DNA of 64,000 nt from the human T2T-CHM13v2.0 reference genome, Homo sapiens. This document shows, piece by piece, positions 1 through 16,158 of this stretch (position 1 is the stretch's first letter; each line of letters opens with the position of its first letter). The stretch lies in NCBI RefSeq assembly GCF_009914755.1, contig NC_060933.1. The stretch is one strand, 5' to 3'. The translations under genes were made by a program, and so were the position numbers. The notes below the pieces were generated by a model that worked only from the letters and a program-made list of their open reading frames with translations, made no database searches and was not told where the DNA came from.

Positions 1-150
1 CAAAAAGTAAAAAATATTAGCTGGGCTTGGTGGATCTCTTGAGCCCGGGAGGTTGAGGCTGCAGTGAGCCATGATTTTGCCACTGTACTCCAGCCTGGGT
101 GACAGAGCAAGACCCTGTCCATGACCCTCCCCCTACAAAAAATAAAAAAA
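1..150 (+). mobile_element. Alu (partial, old J-like right arm)
   Basis: GAGGCTGCAGTGAGCC...CAGCCTGGGTGACAGAGCAAGACCC. Confidence 0.85.
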
Positions 151-1133
151 CCAGGAACCAAAATAAATTAAAGATGGGAGGGACCTCAGAGTCAAGGCTA
201 GCCTACTAGATCTTGCCTAATATTTTGCACTGAATGTAAGAAAAATGTATTACAGACCATTCTCGTCAGATATTCTTCACTGAACCTTCTTTATCTCTTG
301 CATCTAGTGGGTCTAGGTTGTAGATTTTAACCTCCTACATATTGCTTGTCCATCCTTAATTACATTTTGCCTGGACTATTGCAGACGCTCCTAGCTAGTT
401 TTGCTGCCGTTGAGCTTGGTTTTTCTCAGTTCATCTGCCTACTTTGGTTCAAGTGATCTTTCAAAAAGGAAAAGACATGCTTAAAGTGGCATGCCCACGC
501 AGGACCAGTGTGTATTGGTTGCTTGTGTTCTGCACAGAGGCACTGAAATCTCAGCTGTGTTCTGTTAAGCCTCCTGGGGTTAGTTGGTCTTGAGGAAGGG
601 GAGCTTTTTCTCATTTCCTTTATCTCTTTGATACTCCAACAGTGAGGCACATTTTTCTAACCTGCTAGGGGTATCCTTAATGTGTCAGTGGTAGCCCTGA
701 TCCTCATCACCTGTGAGGTAAAAGTGAACTCTCCTAGGCTTGCTTCTCCCTGCCTCTTTGTAAATTTCTGACTCTTCCGGCTACGGCTCTGGGCTTTAGT
801 CGGATCCACCTGCAGTTTTCCAGTACCCGGCAGGTGTCAGGCTTAGATGCCTTTGCTCTCGCTGCTCCCTCTGGTTAATGCATCACCCACTCTCACCCCA
901 TGTTGTCATTCTCATCTTTCTAGATTCAGCTTCAGGATTATCTTGAAGCCATCCTTTCAGTGCAACTTCTTTGCTTCCATAAGAACCTCTATGTACATAG
1001 TTTGGTATATCCCATGTGGCTTGAGTTTACATGTGTCTGTGCTTAAGAGGACTTTAAAGGACATGGCTCATTTCTATGTCTTAGCACAGAGCAGATGTTT
1101 TTGAATGATACATTGTATGATTGAAGTCACTAA

Positions 1134-1352
<219 letters not shown>

Positions 1353-1424
1353 TAGACATTTGATAGTTGCTTTTAGAGGAAAAAAAACCTCAATAACATT
1401 TTTAACTTTTCCCCCTCATTAAAG

Positions 1425-1497
1425 GGATTGAATAAATCGGCTTCTTTGGTGCACCTGTCTCTTGCAAATTGTCCAATTGGAGATGGAGGTTTAGAAA
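1425..1497 (+). CDS. CEP78: CEP78 exon 3 (73 nt; [24 protein letters not shown])
   Basis: aaag| acceptor after a 96-nt intron, |gtgagt donor; RI-like LRR motif LxxLxLxNCxIGDxG. Confidence 0.95.
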
Positions 1498-1811
1498 GTG
1501 AGTTTAAATCTCATTTAACTCTTGTCCTATCAGGCTGGTTTCATGTTTCCCTACATGCCATGTTAATTCCTGTCTGTACCTTTTTTCTTACTACTGCCTC
1601 ATATGCTTGTTCAAACCTTGGTCCAGTCTCAAGTCTACCATGAAAGCTTGGCATGCTGAATGTAATCTGAACTAACTTTACTTAAGTTTGTGTTAAACCA
1701 CAGACCACACAAATATATACCATCTGGTATTCTCTGTTTTTTGTGTTTGTTCATCTTTTAGAGTTTTTCTTCAAGAAATATTTATGGGAAGGAAATAGCA
1801 AAATGTAAAGA

Positions 1812-2127
<316 letters not shown>

Positions 2128-2734
2128 TTAAAACATATATACAATCAATTTTAATGCACTGTGGTATGTTCCAAAATAGGAAATATAAGCAAAGTGCTGT
2201 ATAGGAGCATATAAAAGGCTGACAGACTTGGGGGGAAAGGGTTGGGATCATGGAAATAGTCACAGAAGGTGACTGTTGGTTGGGATCCTGAAGTCTTGTG
2301 TTCGTTGTGTGAAATAGTGGTCTGGAGGGGTAAGGAAACCTGCATTTCAATTTGAGGGAGCAGAGAGTTAAAAGGCCTCTGTCTTCTATTGTTCTAGTAC
2401 ATTAGGTGCTCTAGTATAACACCTAATAAAATTCTGGGTTTATAGTTGACACTGAATTGTTGGTTAATAACAGATTGAGGTCTGCTCTTGGAAATGAAAA
2501 TAGGAAGAGTTTTATTTTTTTTATGTTTTTCTTTCAGATGTCTCAAAAAGTATATAGAACTTTACTGTGGTCTGGAGTAAGGTTGCAATATTCAGTCTAT
2601 TCAATTTTGGCATCTAAATAGAATTGAACTATTGCAATAAACTGGAGTAACTCTTTGTTACTGACTTATTTGAGAATGTACCAATCAGTTGCTTAGGTAG
2701 ATTGTAAATAGTGATTTTAAGAATACAACTATAA

Positions 2735-2992
<258 letters not shown>

Positions 2993-3292
2993 TGATACAA
3001 GACAGCAGTTATTTTTGTCTTTTGATACATATGGGCATTGCAGTTTTAGTTTTGTTTAAAGAATGTGACCAATTTTCAGCCTGGGGTTCTACCATTTATT
3101 AAAGGTAGTATGCTTAATCTTAGAAGTAGAAGACCTAAAATATAATAATTAGATTTTTCTGTAAATACAGTTTGTAAAACAGTAATTTTAAAGGTGCCTT
3201 AACAACTTTATAGTGGTTATTACTACTGTATTTAGGATAAAATTACATAATAATGTGACATGAAGCCTTTTTAGTAATTTGATGGTGTAGAT

Positions 3293-3505
3293 CGGGGTAG
3301 TCAAACTATGGCCTGTGGACCAAATCTAGCCTATCACCTATTTTTGTAAATAAAGTTTTGAAACATAGTCATGCCCATTTGTTTACATATTAACTATTGC
3401 TACACCCTACACTAGGAGAGTTGAGTAGTTGCAAAAGAAACTATATGACCCACAAAGCTGAAAATGTTTATTTTGGGGCCTTTACAGCGTAAGCCCACTC
3501 TCCGT
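3293..3505 (+). mobile_element. MER58A-like hAT-Charlie DNA transposon
   Basis: CAAACTATGGCC...TTTTTGTAAATAAAGTTTT...GAGTTGAGTAGTTGC...GGCCTTTACAG resembles recalled MER58A consensus. Confidence 0.75.
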
Positions 3506-3510
3506 GGGAT

Positions 3511-3740
3511 AGATAATGGTTACGCATGTGGATTCTGAAGCCAGATGGCCTAGGCTAAAACCTGAGCTCTCTCCCATTTAATAACTTGTGACCATGGGCA
3601 AATTAGTTAACCGCTCTGTTCCTCAGTTTTCTTATCCATAAAATGTGTATAATAAGAAAACCTACTGTGTCTGTCATTGTTAGGATTTAATGAACTAATG
3701 TGTATAAAATAGTGCCTGGCTATCTAAGTGTTTGCTGTTA
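3511..3740 (+). mobile_element. MIR SINE
   Basis: core TGTGACCATGGGCAAATTAGTTAACC...CCTCAGTTTTCTTATC. Confidence 0.8.
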
Positions 3741-4570
3741 TTTCCTCTTATTGCTTTTATACAGTTATTATGAATAGCAAATGACACTGACAGTTTTCAT
3801 TTGACGGAGTCATAGGAGCTTTGAATCTTTTGTTTCAGAATGTAATGAGATTTTTTTTTCTCTTAAAATCAGTGTTTCCTGTTACCGAAATTTACTTTAT
3901 GGATAAAGAGAAGTGATTATGTCTGTAAGATAATACCTGTGGTTAAAACTCAAACCACCAATTTCCGAAGGCATATCAACCTTGCTTTGTATATTCTAGG
4001 CCTCTAAATTTGGTGTGCATACCCTAAGAAATATGTGAGATCCCTTGGGTTAGGAGAAGAAAATATTAACCTCTATATTTTTGTATCATTTAAAAAATAC
4101 CTATTGTTTCTGTTTGATTTGTAATATACATAAAATATGTATATAGAAATTCCTGTATATAGTTTATTAATAAATAACTTACATGTTAAATGTTTACTTG
4201 TGGGATGTCCAGTCAAGTGTTTAGAGACCACTGGAGGACAGAATGATATGATTTAGAGGCTCAGCAATGATAGAATTTAGAACCAGTACCTTCACTTGGC
4301 ATATAAAGAAAATAAAATTCTTAGAAGTTAACTAAGTTGTCAGTTTACATAAAGCAATCAGTAACAGGTCATTAGTGGTTAGGGTCACATAGCTAGTCAG
4401 TGACAGACTAGTATCTGGGTCACTGGACTCCTTACTCAAAATCTACTATTTAATCAGTCTGTCAGATTAACCCACCTGGCATATGTACCTGGTGTGTGTG
4501 TAAAGCTCTGATGTAATCAGCTGTACTTAGTTCCTTTTAGTGTTCCTATCTCTTTATCCAAGTGTATTAA

Positions 4571-4912
<342 letters not shown>

Positions 4913-5269
4913 TAAAAGTTATATATATTCTTTATAGAAAATACCAAGTAACAAAAAAAAAAAAAAGTACATATAATCTCAATGCCTAGAGATAAACTGT
5001 TCATTTTGGTGTATACACTTTCAGTATTGTTTTTTCCTGCAGATACATTTGTGTGCTTAGAGTTACAAGAACAGAACTATAGTGCACTTACCATTTTGTA
5101 ACCCTGCTTTTTTTATTTAATGATGTATCATGTAGTACTCTATTATATTGAGGCATAATAGTTTAATTCCCTACTATTTGATATTTAGGCAGTTTGTGCT
5201 TTTCCCCTGTTATAAACAACTCTGTAGTAAACTCCTTATGTATACATCTCTGTGTCCATTGAAGTTACT

Positions 5270-5561
5270 TTTTTTTTTTTTTTTTTTTTTTGAGACAGGG
5301 TCTTTCTCTGTTGCCCAGGCTGGAGTGCAATGGTGTAATCATACCGCGCTGTAGCCTTAAACTCCTGGCTCAAGTATCCTCCCACTATACCCTCCGAGTA
5401 GCTGGCACTACAGGTGCACACCACCATGCCAGGCTAATTTTTGTGGAGACAGGGTCTTGCTGTGTTGCCCAGGCTAGTTTCAAACTCCTGGGCCCAAACA
5501 GTTCTCTTGCCTTGGCCTCCCAAAGTGCTGGGATTCCAGGCATGAGCCACTGTGCCCAGCC
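5270..5561 (-). mobile_element. Alu (J-like) inserted in old antisense L1 fragments
   Basis: poly-T head; TSD TGAAGTTACT at 5260-5269 and 5562-5571. Confidence 0.92.
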
Positions 5562-6280
5562 TGAAGTTACTCCTGTAGGATAAATTACTAAAGTTGAGTA
5601 ACTCAGTATAATGTATTTCTTAAAGACTTTTGATGCATGTCACCAAATTGCCTTTCAGAAATGCTGTGCCATATTATAGTCTCATAAATGCTGGATTGTG
5701 TCTATTTTAAAACCTTAAACTTTACAAAAATGAGAACTCCCCTGCTTTTTCTTTTTTGATGCAAATGGGATTGGTCTCTGAATTTTACAGCTTTTTTCAC
5801 TCAGTCTAGCATATCTTAAATCAGTAAGTTTACATTTACCATGTCATTTTTAGTGACTCTTCAGGGTTCCATTATGTTAATATGCAATAGTACACTTGGC
5901 TTATCCGTTCCTATTAGATATATAAGCTATTTCCAGTTTTTCATTGTTATAAACAGTACTTTGATACGTGTTGTTGCCCGTGTCTCTTATAATTTCCTTC
6001 TGGTAAATTCTTAGAAGGAGAGTTGCTGTGTTAACAGAGTCTGCACATTTTAAAGGTTTTTTTAAAATGTGACCTTCGCCAATCTGATAGAAGCATAATC
6101 ACATTTAATTGTTTTAGTTTATATTCATTTGATTTACTAGTGAGATTTACTGGCTATTTTTATTAATTTGGCTAGGTGGATAATTACATCCTATGCTCAT
6201 TCTTCTGCAGCAAGAGTTTGTAAAGGTTTTACCATATTCTATCAGATCCATATATCTGACTTATTTCTGTGTGTCTTGTG

Positions 6281-6695
6281 GTGTCTTAGTCAGTTAGGGC
6301 TTCATAGAATATTCTATATTATATATAGTATATATTATATAACTCCATTATAGAAGCATATAACAGAATTATATTCTGGGTGGCTTAAAGAGAAGACATT
6401 CATTTCTCACAGTTCTGGAGTCCGAGAAGCCCAAGATCCAGATGCCAGTAGATAGGTGTCAGGTGAGGGCATTCTCCCTAGCTTATGGAAGGCTTTTATA
6501 TCCTTAAATGGTGGCGAGAGAGAACTCTAGTCTCTTTTTTTTCTTGTAAGGACACTAATCCCATGATGGCTCCACTCTCAAGACCTCAACTAAACCTAAT
6601 TACCTCTCAAAGGCCCCAATTCCTAATACTACTACCCTGTTGTGGATTAGGGTTTCAATATACATTTTTGGGGAATACAGACATGTAGTCCATAA
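6281..6695 (-). mobile_element. MLT1A-like MaLR LTR
   Basis: TTCTCACAGTTCTGGAG...CCAAGATC, GGACACTAATCCC, ACCTAATTACCTCTCAAAGGCCCC. Confidence 0.75.
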
Positions 6696-7451
6696 AATGA
6701 GATTCTGAAAGACTTCAGTTATTTTAATGTAATGGTATACACGTGCTTTTGCTCTGATGTAATCTTTTTTTATGCCTGTACTTTTGTGATAATCCTTTTG
6801 AGTTGAAATGAGTAGATTGTTCAGCCTCAGTATTACTAGTATTCATGAGCATTTGTTTAGTTCTTTGACCTTTTACTTGAGAGAGAGTTCTTGACCATTA
6901 TTTTTTCATGATAGGTTTTTAGTATATAATCTCTATAATCTCTATTCACACATTCTTTGGATTCATTATTTCTATCTCCTTAGAGTTCTTTCTTTGTCAT
7001 TTTTATTCTAAAACTAACAGTTTACATTTTTGTATTTTCTTTTCACTTTTTTAATGTAATTTTTTGAGAGTCACTTGGAATTTGAATTTGAATTTGATGA
7101 TGAATCTAGTGCAATTTCTGAGCTCCACCCAGTTTTTGCCTGTGATGTTTACACTGCCACTAGCATCCTTGTTAATTATGAACAAATATTCATTCTGTGA
7201 TGTTTTATGTAGAGTTATTTTTCAACTCTGTAATTGTAAAATATGTTGGGTAATTTATTGGTACTAAAGGGAGGGTAATCATGACACATCTATGAAGAGG
7301 GTTTCTTTTTTGTATTATGTGTGTGCATATGGTTTTCTATTTTTATTTTTTCAATACCCAAGATTAAAAACTGGCCATGAGTAGTCTTGGGCAGGAGTCT
7401 TCCAGGCATGAATAAGTGGGAGTTGTCTGTATGTTAAATCTGTATAGAATT

Positions 7452-7756
7452 GGCCGGGCGAGGTGGCTCACGCCTGTAATCCCAGCACTTTGGGAGGCCG
7501 AGGTGGGCAGATCACAAGGTCAGGAGATCCAGACCATCCTGGCTAACACGGTGAAACCCTGTCTCTACTAAAAATACAAAAAAATTAGCCATGCGTGGTG
7601 GCGGGCGCCTGTAGTCCCAGCTACTCAGGTGGCTGAGGCAGGAGAATGGCGTGAACCTGGGAGGCAGAGCTTGCAGTGAGCGGAGATAGTGCCACTGCAC
7701 TCCAGCCTGGGTGACAGAGTGAGACTCCGTCTCAAAAAAACAAACAAACAAACAAA
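7452..7756 (+). mobile_element. AluY-like, immediately upstream of CEP78 exon 6
   Basis: TSD AAATCTGTATAGAATT on both sides; (CAAA)n tail. Confidence 0.95.
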
Positions 7757-7774
7757 AAATCTGTATAGAATTAG

Positions 7775-7951
<177 letters not shown>

Positions 7952-8199
7952 TAGCAAAAGAAAAAGAATTTCTCATGTATTGACAGTTTTGAAAACTTAA
8001 TGTGTTTCCTTCCCTAATCTTACACTTTTGTAATCTTGCACTTTCTTATGTTTTTAGTAGATAATTTACTGATGAAAAGAGTTGTACTTAAATTGCTCTT
8101 GGCTGCTACTCTGAATAGGAGTGAACCTAGATAATAAATCTGCTTCCACCAAGTGCATTATTTTCTTCTTGTGGAACTTCTGAATTCTTGGAAATAGTA

Positions 8200-9110
8200 T
8201 TTCATTCATTTGTTGATTTGACAAGTAATTTTTGAATACTTCTATCTGCTAGATACTGGTTTAAGCACTAAACATACAGCAGTAAACCAGCTAGACAAAT
8301 TCTTGGTCTCATAGAGCTTACATTCTAGTTGGGGAGTTATACGTAATGTAATTTAGATAGTAGGAAGTGCAAAAATACCGTAAGGTAAGAAGACAGATGG
8401 GGGCAGGTGGGACTATATTAGATAGGTTTTTTAGGGGACAGCTTCACTGAAAAAGGGACATTTGAACAGAGACCTGATTAGGAGGGGAACAAGCCGTGGA
8501 AGATGCAGATAAAGTACCTTCCAGGATGAGGAAGCAATGAATATGTAGTTACATAGGTGGCAGGGTGGATGGAGTATTTAAGGAAAAGCAAGAAGGCCAA
8601 TATGGTTGGGGCACTGAGTGATGAAGAGACTGGTATGCTACAAAGTCAGACAACTAGCCAGGGGCCTGATCTTGTAAGGTTTGAAGGTCACGGTAAGGAC
8701 TTAGATAATTCTAAATGAGCTGAAAACCATGGGAGGATTTTGAGCTGGTAAGGGTTATATTCCAAGTAGTAATTCAATCAGATGACTTGGTGTGGAGAAT
8801 ACACTTGTAGGGGGCTATAAAAGGGAAAGAGGGAGGCCAGTTAGGAGACTCACACTGGTTCAAGTTAGAGATGGCTATGGCTTCACTTAGGGTGGAAGGT
8901 TGGAGGTGGTAAAAAGTGGTTGAAACAAGGTGTAGCTAACAAGACTTGTGGGGTATAAAGGAAATAGTAATTTTTTTAAAAAGTCCTAGGTGATTTTGCA
9001 TACAACTGGGTGGTACTGTTTATAGAGAAAAGGAGGCTGTGGAGAAGAGCAGCTTTGGGGGCGCATCATGACTTTGATTTGGGTATATTAGGTGCCTTTT
9101 AAGCATCTAA
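8200..9110 (-). mobile_element. L2 LINE fragment
   Basis: TTCATTCATT...GAGCTTACATTCTAGTTGGGG and purine-rich antisense L2 motifs. Confidence 0.65.
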
Positions 9111-9424
9111 GTATCTGGACAGTGTTTAGGCTTTTGATTTCCTATTTAGAGGTATCTAAAGCTACTTTAGTTCCAAAGTGTTTACATTTGATCTTTGCTG
9201 CTGCCAAAATAGTAGCCATCAGGGACAATATGTGTGTAGGAATACTTTGTTTTTGAGGAAGAAGTTAGAATACTCAAAGGGGGAAAAGGTATTTAATTAC
9301 ATTATATGGAATTCATATTCAATTTCATGGGAAAAAGCAATAATTGGTTGGCTTTTGTTTTTAAATGGGAATAGCCACTCATTGGGAAATAATTACTATA
9401 ATTTCAATTTTTATTTTACTTTAG

Positions 9425-9489
9425 ATCATTCTATGATGAAAGCAGTTATCAAAAAAGTCCTCCAGAATGGAAGGAGTGCCAAATCAGAG
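9425..9489 (+). CDS. CEP78: CEP78 exon 7 (65 nt; DHSMMKAVIKKVLQNGRSAKSE)
   Basis: tttag| acceptor, GAG|gtatat donor, phase consistent. Confidence 0.92.
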
Positions 9490-9895
9490 GTATATCATGT
9501 TTTATTTCTCCAGAAAGAATTCTTATTTAATTGCTTTTCTTCTGGGATCTCACTGTACTGCCCAGCCTGGCCTCAAACTTCTGAGCTCCAGTGATCTTCC
9601 CCCTTCCCAGCTTCCTAGGTAGCTAGGACTGTAGGTATATATCGTTGTGCCCAGCTTTTCGTCTGTTTTTAATAAAATGAAACTATTAAGGCACTTTTCT
9701 GCCATCTTAAATTTACAGTCAAATCAAATGTCTTTTCTGTTTTTGTAAATACCGTATGATTCTTTAATTTTGGGTCCCAGAACTGCTGATTGCAAACCTT
9801 TTATTAACATAGAGTATCTTAACAATTTCCATTTAAGATGTAGCCCTCATAAATGATCTGTAACTGAAATATAGTGTTTATTCTGTCTCTTTTAG

Positions 9896-10048
<153 letters not shown>

Positions 10049-11581
10049 TAGTGTGTTAAAATTAAAATCTCTTCTCATTGTATGATATTGACAGTAACAA
10101 CCAATATTGACTCCGTGCATATTATGAGGTCTGTAATTGTTCTGATAAGATTATGAGAATTTATGGAATGTAGAAATAGTAAATGAATCATTAGGAAAGG
10201 GATGCTAGTGCTTCCATTTAAAAAATTACCCTTATTTGTTTTTCATACAATATTCATCATTTTGGATATGTTTTCTGATTCATGATTACTTTTGATACTT
10301 TGCAATTGAAATTTGGGATGCACTTTGATGACAGTTTTAGCAGTGCTTTTGTATGATTTTGTTGTTGTTGTTGTTAATGAAGAATTATCCTTTCATACGA
10401 TAGAAAACAAAATTTCTTCCCAGTTCCATTTTTTTTCCCTTGTTTCCTCCTCCTTCCTTGCAAATTCTTACCCAAAGTTGTTGAATTAGGTAGCACCTTG
10501 CTTCTTTCAATGATGAAATAACCTTAAAATATATGTAATCCTTATAAAACAATACTGCAGGTAAGTTTATTACCCAGAGATGGAACATTTTAGACAAACA
10601 TTCCCTAAATGTTTGCTATTTATGGTTTATTTAATCTGCCAAATAATAGTCTAGAATTTTGAAATTGTCTATAATTTTGTGACCAAGAATAATGAAAAAA
10701 GACTTTATAAACTGTTTATCAGCTAATGGCATAAATTTCACATTCTCCTGAATACATAAATTTGGTATAATCTAGTTCTACTGATATTTTCTTTTTTTTT
10801 TTAAAGAGTCTTTAACTTTTGTAGAACACATTATCTTTAGTCATAAGTAGCCTTTTTTTACTGATAAGAATGAGTGACAGTGGAATAAGTTAAGCCAAAT
10901 CTAATGTGAAAGTGACCTTTTCTTGTAAGTAACTTTGAATTTTGAAACAGTAAAACCATGAAGACTACTACAGAGAAAAAAATTAATGTTTTTATGTTTA
11001 TAATCTGCCAGTTTCCCAGAAAAAGGTTTGTGGTGACTTTAGTTCATACCCTGTACATTAAGATCACCAAACAATTAACACCAGATAATCTTTTATTTGG
11101 ATGCTACTTTAAATTTTTGAAGGATATCACTTGACTTAATATCACTGAACTGTACACTTAAAAATGGCTAAGATATAAAACAATTTAACATAAAATATAA
11201 AACATTAGAAATTCTATAATTTTAGTAGCTAGTGGTATATAATTGGACATCATTGAATGAGAATAAAAAACAAAAATCTTTTTTCTTAGCATGATTAAAG
11301 AAATTGGAAATGTGACTGAAGTTTACAAGCTCACTGAGCTATTTTAAGAGTAACTTTATTTCTTGGGCTTTTTTTGTATTTGCCTCAGTAATTTGGAGAC
11401 ACAGAGGTAAGCCAAATCAGTGTCTGGCTTTATATTTAATAGTTAGGTGTCAGTGAGTATAGGGGTTATATAATTTATGTAAATTATGTCACATTCATAT
11501 TGCAATTACGTGTGCAGACAGAAGATAGGAAACTTTATAATTTTTTTCATCTAACAAGATAAGTAAATTAGTTTGGTTTTA

Positions 11582-11998
<417 letters not shown>

Positions 11999-12451
11999 TT
12001 ATAAGACGTGTATAAATTTGTCCAGAGAAATTGCACAGCACGATGTGGTAATTATCAATAAGTTACACCACGGGAAATATTTGTCCTGTATTACCAAATA
12101 CATGTTCTTGTAGATGCTGTCCTAAAGCTGCTAAAGTAGATCTTACGTAGTAAAATAGATTGGAAGGATAAATATAACCGTTTTAATAAAGTTATATTAT
12201 TTGTTCTCAGTGATATCAGAAACAATTATATATTTAAGTGTGAATTTTATTAATATTAATAGGTAGGTCTAGCTTTTACTACCAAATATTTCTTTAAAAA
12301 AACTTGACTCTTTAAACTGAAATGTAGGATAAGACTTTATACTTCGTTCTATTATCCAGTAGGTTTCATTTGTTTTCTTTGTGTTCTGTAAAAGCAAATG
12401 AACACTGAAGGTGGACAGACTTATAGGCGGCAACATTGGCTCACCTACTAC

Positions 12452-12555
12452 CCAGCTACCTTCAGTCTTACAACTTGGATAGTTTTTACATGATAAAATT
12501 AATCCAGCTACCTTTAGTCTTACAACTTGAATACCTTTTACATGATAAAATTAAT
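12452..12555. repeat. 52-bp tandem duplication (2 copies, 4 mismatches)
   Basis: CCAGCTACCTTYAGTCTTACAACTTGRATA..TTTTACATGATAAAATTAAT x2. Confidence 0.9.
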
Positions 12556-13022
12556 CTCAAATTGAAATTTTTTTCCAATTCAGAAGGTTCTGTTTGGTAG
12601 GAGTCATGGGTGTATCTATGTTCTGTCCTTGAGATTCAGGAATGCCAAAAATATTCTGAGATTTAATAACTTAAAATTTCTGCATAATGCATAATGAAAT
12701 GTATCACGTATAATCTTTCATTCTTTGGGTTACATGTTTTATTTACCTTTGCGTGCTCTGCATGTCTCATATATTCAACTTATATTTTAGTTAAAGTGAT
12801 AACTTGTTACTCTAGACAACTTATATTTTTATATATTTATTACTTATATTTAAGTATATTAAAAATATATTTATTCCTATATTTATTACTGGCCTGTGTA
12901 AAAAGGTATTTACAAATTGATCCTGATTTAATGGACTTGGTGTCATTGTCAGGTGCCCATTTGTATTCTTTTAAGAGTATGCACATGTGCCTATTCATCT
13001 GTAGACCTTTAGTGCATCTTGA

Positions 13023-13187
<165 letters not shown>

Positions 13188-14374
13188 TAGGGTATTTTTA
13201 TTTCCTATCTTTTAGGATAAAAATGGGATTCAAAATTCTTTATTTTGGAGCTTCTATTATGTGAGAGTTCTCTGCTTATGTCTGTAGGGTAAAAATGACT
13301 CATGTGGCTTCTGCCTCATGAATCCTTTAAGGAAGAAAAACAAAAAATAATCCTAAGTAGGGTTTCAAGTTATTAAGTGTCACAGCAAGCTGTATCCCTG
13401 TGGGAGTCCAGAGGAAACTGAAATTATCTCCAATTGTGCAGGTGAGAAAAGGTTTCATTTAAAGTATGTGCAGTTAAACCAAGTCCTATAGGGCAGAAAT
13501 AGGAATTTGGATATTTAAGACTGGGGAAAGGGCATTGTAAAGCATAGGAAATTGTTCAATGCAAAATGATAGGAAGTGTTGATTAGACTTAATCTAACTC
13601 AGCCAACTGGCCTAACTCATTTTAGTGAATCAAACCAGATATAACTAGTTTTAGCCAGTTACCTAGGTGATAGCTATTCATAGTAATTTTTGTCAGAAAA
13701 GTCTTTTAAAAATGTTGTACTATAATTTTATGCTTAATAAATGAATTAGATTACTATAAATTATTTTCGAATGACTGACTTTTAGTATTCAAGAAATTGG
13801 AGATTAACAATTGCTTAGGAAAACAAAGAGGATTGAATTTAAATAGGACTGGAAATAGGTGCTATGTAAAATATCTGTTCAATTGCTCAGATTAAATTGA
13901 ATATGTATAATCTTTGTTAGGCAACTGATGACTATACTTATTTCACAACTGGTAATGTGAATTATTATTGCATAAACTATAGTGCTGAGGCCCCAGTCTT
14001 TACACTTCCATTTAATAACTTCACAGTTTCATATCTTCTTGAGATACTTACTAATTTCAAGTCCCATCTTGGTCACAAGGAGTTGTGAATTAGAGAACAA
14101 TTAATATCACCAGTTAAAGAAGTTAGATTAGAAATCTGAACCATCCTAAACATAAGAAGTACCTGCATCTTCAGAGTCTTATCCCAAAGCCGTTCTGCTA
14201 AATTGTTCAATTTTCTCCATAGCAGAGCTTTCCAGGCCCTTATTTGGAAGTGATTTATCTCTATGCACAGTTATGTATGGATAGTATACATAATACTAGC
14301 AAGTGTTATTACCTAGTGTTAACTGGTGGTGTATTTACATCAAAATATAACTTAATTTATCGATATCTTTTTAG

Positions 14375-14420
14375 GGGTTTCCCATTAATCAAAACACGTG
14401 ATATATGTAATCAGTTGCAG
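14375..14420 (+). CDS. CEP78: CEP78 exon 10 (46 nt; RGFPLIKTRDICNQLQ)
   Basis: tttag| acceptor, CAG|gtacgt donor; required to restore phase between exons 9 and 11. Confidence 0.9.
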
Positions 14421-15384
14421 GTACGTAGTTACCATGTTTATAATATGTAGGGGATTGGAATGGGAAGGGTGGAAGATCATTCTCTGTGCTCTTTAAATTG
14501 AATAGAGTCGTAAGAAACATTTCCCTCCCTGAAGTAAATTCTTTAAAAATTTTCTGGGTTCTCCCGGTGCCACAGTATAGTCGTGTGGATATGTCACACA
14601 ATGGAGGCCTTGTGGTTTCATCTGTGTAGACAGGAAGTCATTTCTCTGGGTCCACAAATCAGCTGTTGCCTCCAGCAAAACAAATTTGACCACCATTTCT
14701 CACCCGACACATGGAGCTATCATAGTCAAGAATGTCCTTAAGTTTAAAAGAAATGTTCTTGGGGGATACATATTTTATATGTATATATATATTTCCAGAT
14801 TCTAAAGCTAAAACAAAGCAACCAGTCCTAAAGCCTCTGCTTTCTCAGAGCTTTTCTTTCTCCCTTGTCAGGATCAAACACATTCCCTGTCATTCTGCAT
14901 CATGGTATTAGAGCAAGTGAATTCTGTCAGAGTATCAGATTTTCCTTTTCAGTTGTTTTTAGAGACCGTAATTTCTCTGTAAAAGATAGCACTACTGAGA
15001 TGAAGGAGCACCTGTGTGTCCGTACTGCCCCTCGCATAGCCAAAAGTAGGGGCGTGCATCTCATTCTACCGTCTAGGATTTTCAGGTACTGCAGGATTTA
15101 TGCTTGTAGTTGATACTGCATTCTCATGACTTCTCTTCTGTACAGTTATGTATCCCGGCACTTTTCTTTTTGATCTGTGGACTTTTTATGGGATTGTGAC
15201 ACAGTCAATTTTGAAATATTTGGAAACGTATTGGACAACATTCCAGTGGCATTGAAACTTGACAGGAGAATTGCGTTGTTATTACAGTAGTTTTGGCTTA
15301 AGAATGAGGAAAAGATGAGGTTTTTGATGTCTCAGTTTTAGTTGTGTGCATGTATTTGGTTAATTTTTTTTTTAATTCTAGTTT

Positions 15385-15491
15385 TTATTTTGTAGAGACA
15401 GGGTCTTGCTATGTTGCTCAGGCTGGTCTCGAACTTCTGACCTTAAGCAGTACTCCTGCCTTGGCCTCCCATAGTGCTGGGATTACAGGCC
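15385..15491 (-). mobile_element. Alu monomer (FLAM-like)
   Basis: left-arm sequence only, flanked by ATTCTAGT repeats. Confidence 0.8.
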
Positions 15492-15927
15492 ATTCTAGTG
15501 TTTATTATTCACAATTTAAATTATTCTTCCAATTCTTTGTGAGGCCTCCACGGATGAATTTTTTCTCCTAAAAATCGTCCTGTCTTTAAGACTCTGTGTG
15601 TGATGGTAGAGAATAAATTTCTCATCTGCAGTTGATCTGAGAAAAAATGTTTATCCTGCCTCCTTGCTTGGTTTATGTGAAAAAAGTGTAATAAAATAAT
15701 ATGGGTTATTTTCGGAAAGATTTTATGTAAAAAAGAAAAAAAAAATATGGGCGATTCCAGTATTAATTATAAACCTTATATGAGAGAATTATTTCAGTGA
15801 CATAGCAAGAATAAGTTAGTGTCTTTTTACTTTGTTATTGATTGTGTTAGACTAAGGAGTAGTGATAGACATTTATAGAGAATGACTTAACACTTCAGAA
15901 AGATCACTTTGATTAGATGTCCTTTAG

Positions 15928-16158
<231 letters not shown>

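Noticed and set aside
9178-9594. 138-aa ORF (also 12694..13050, 118 aa)
   Set aside because: Intronic open frame running through or up to a real CEP78 exon; only 9425-9489 is coding in the first
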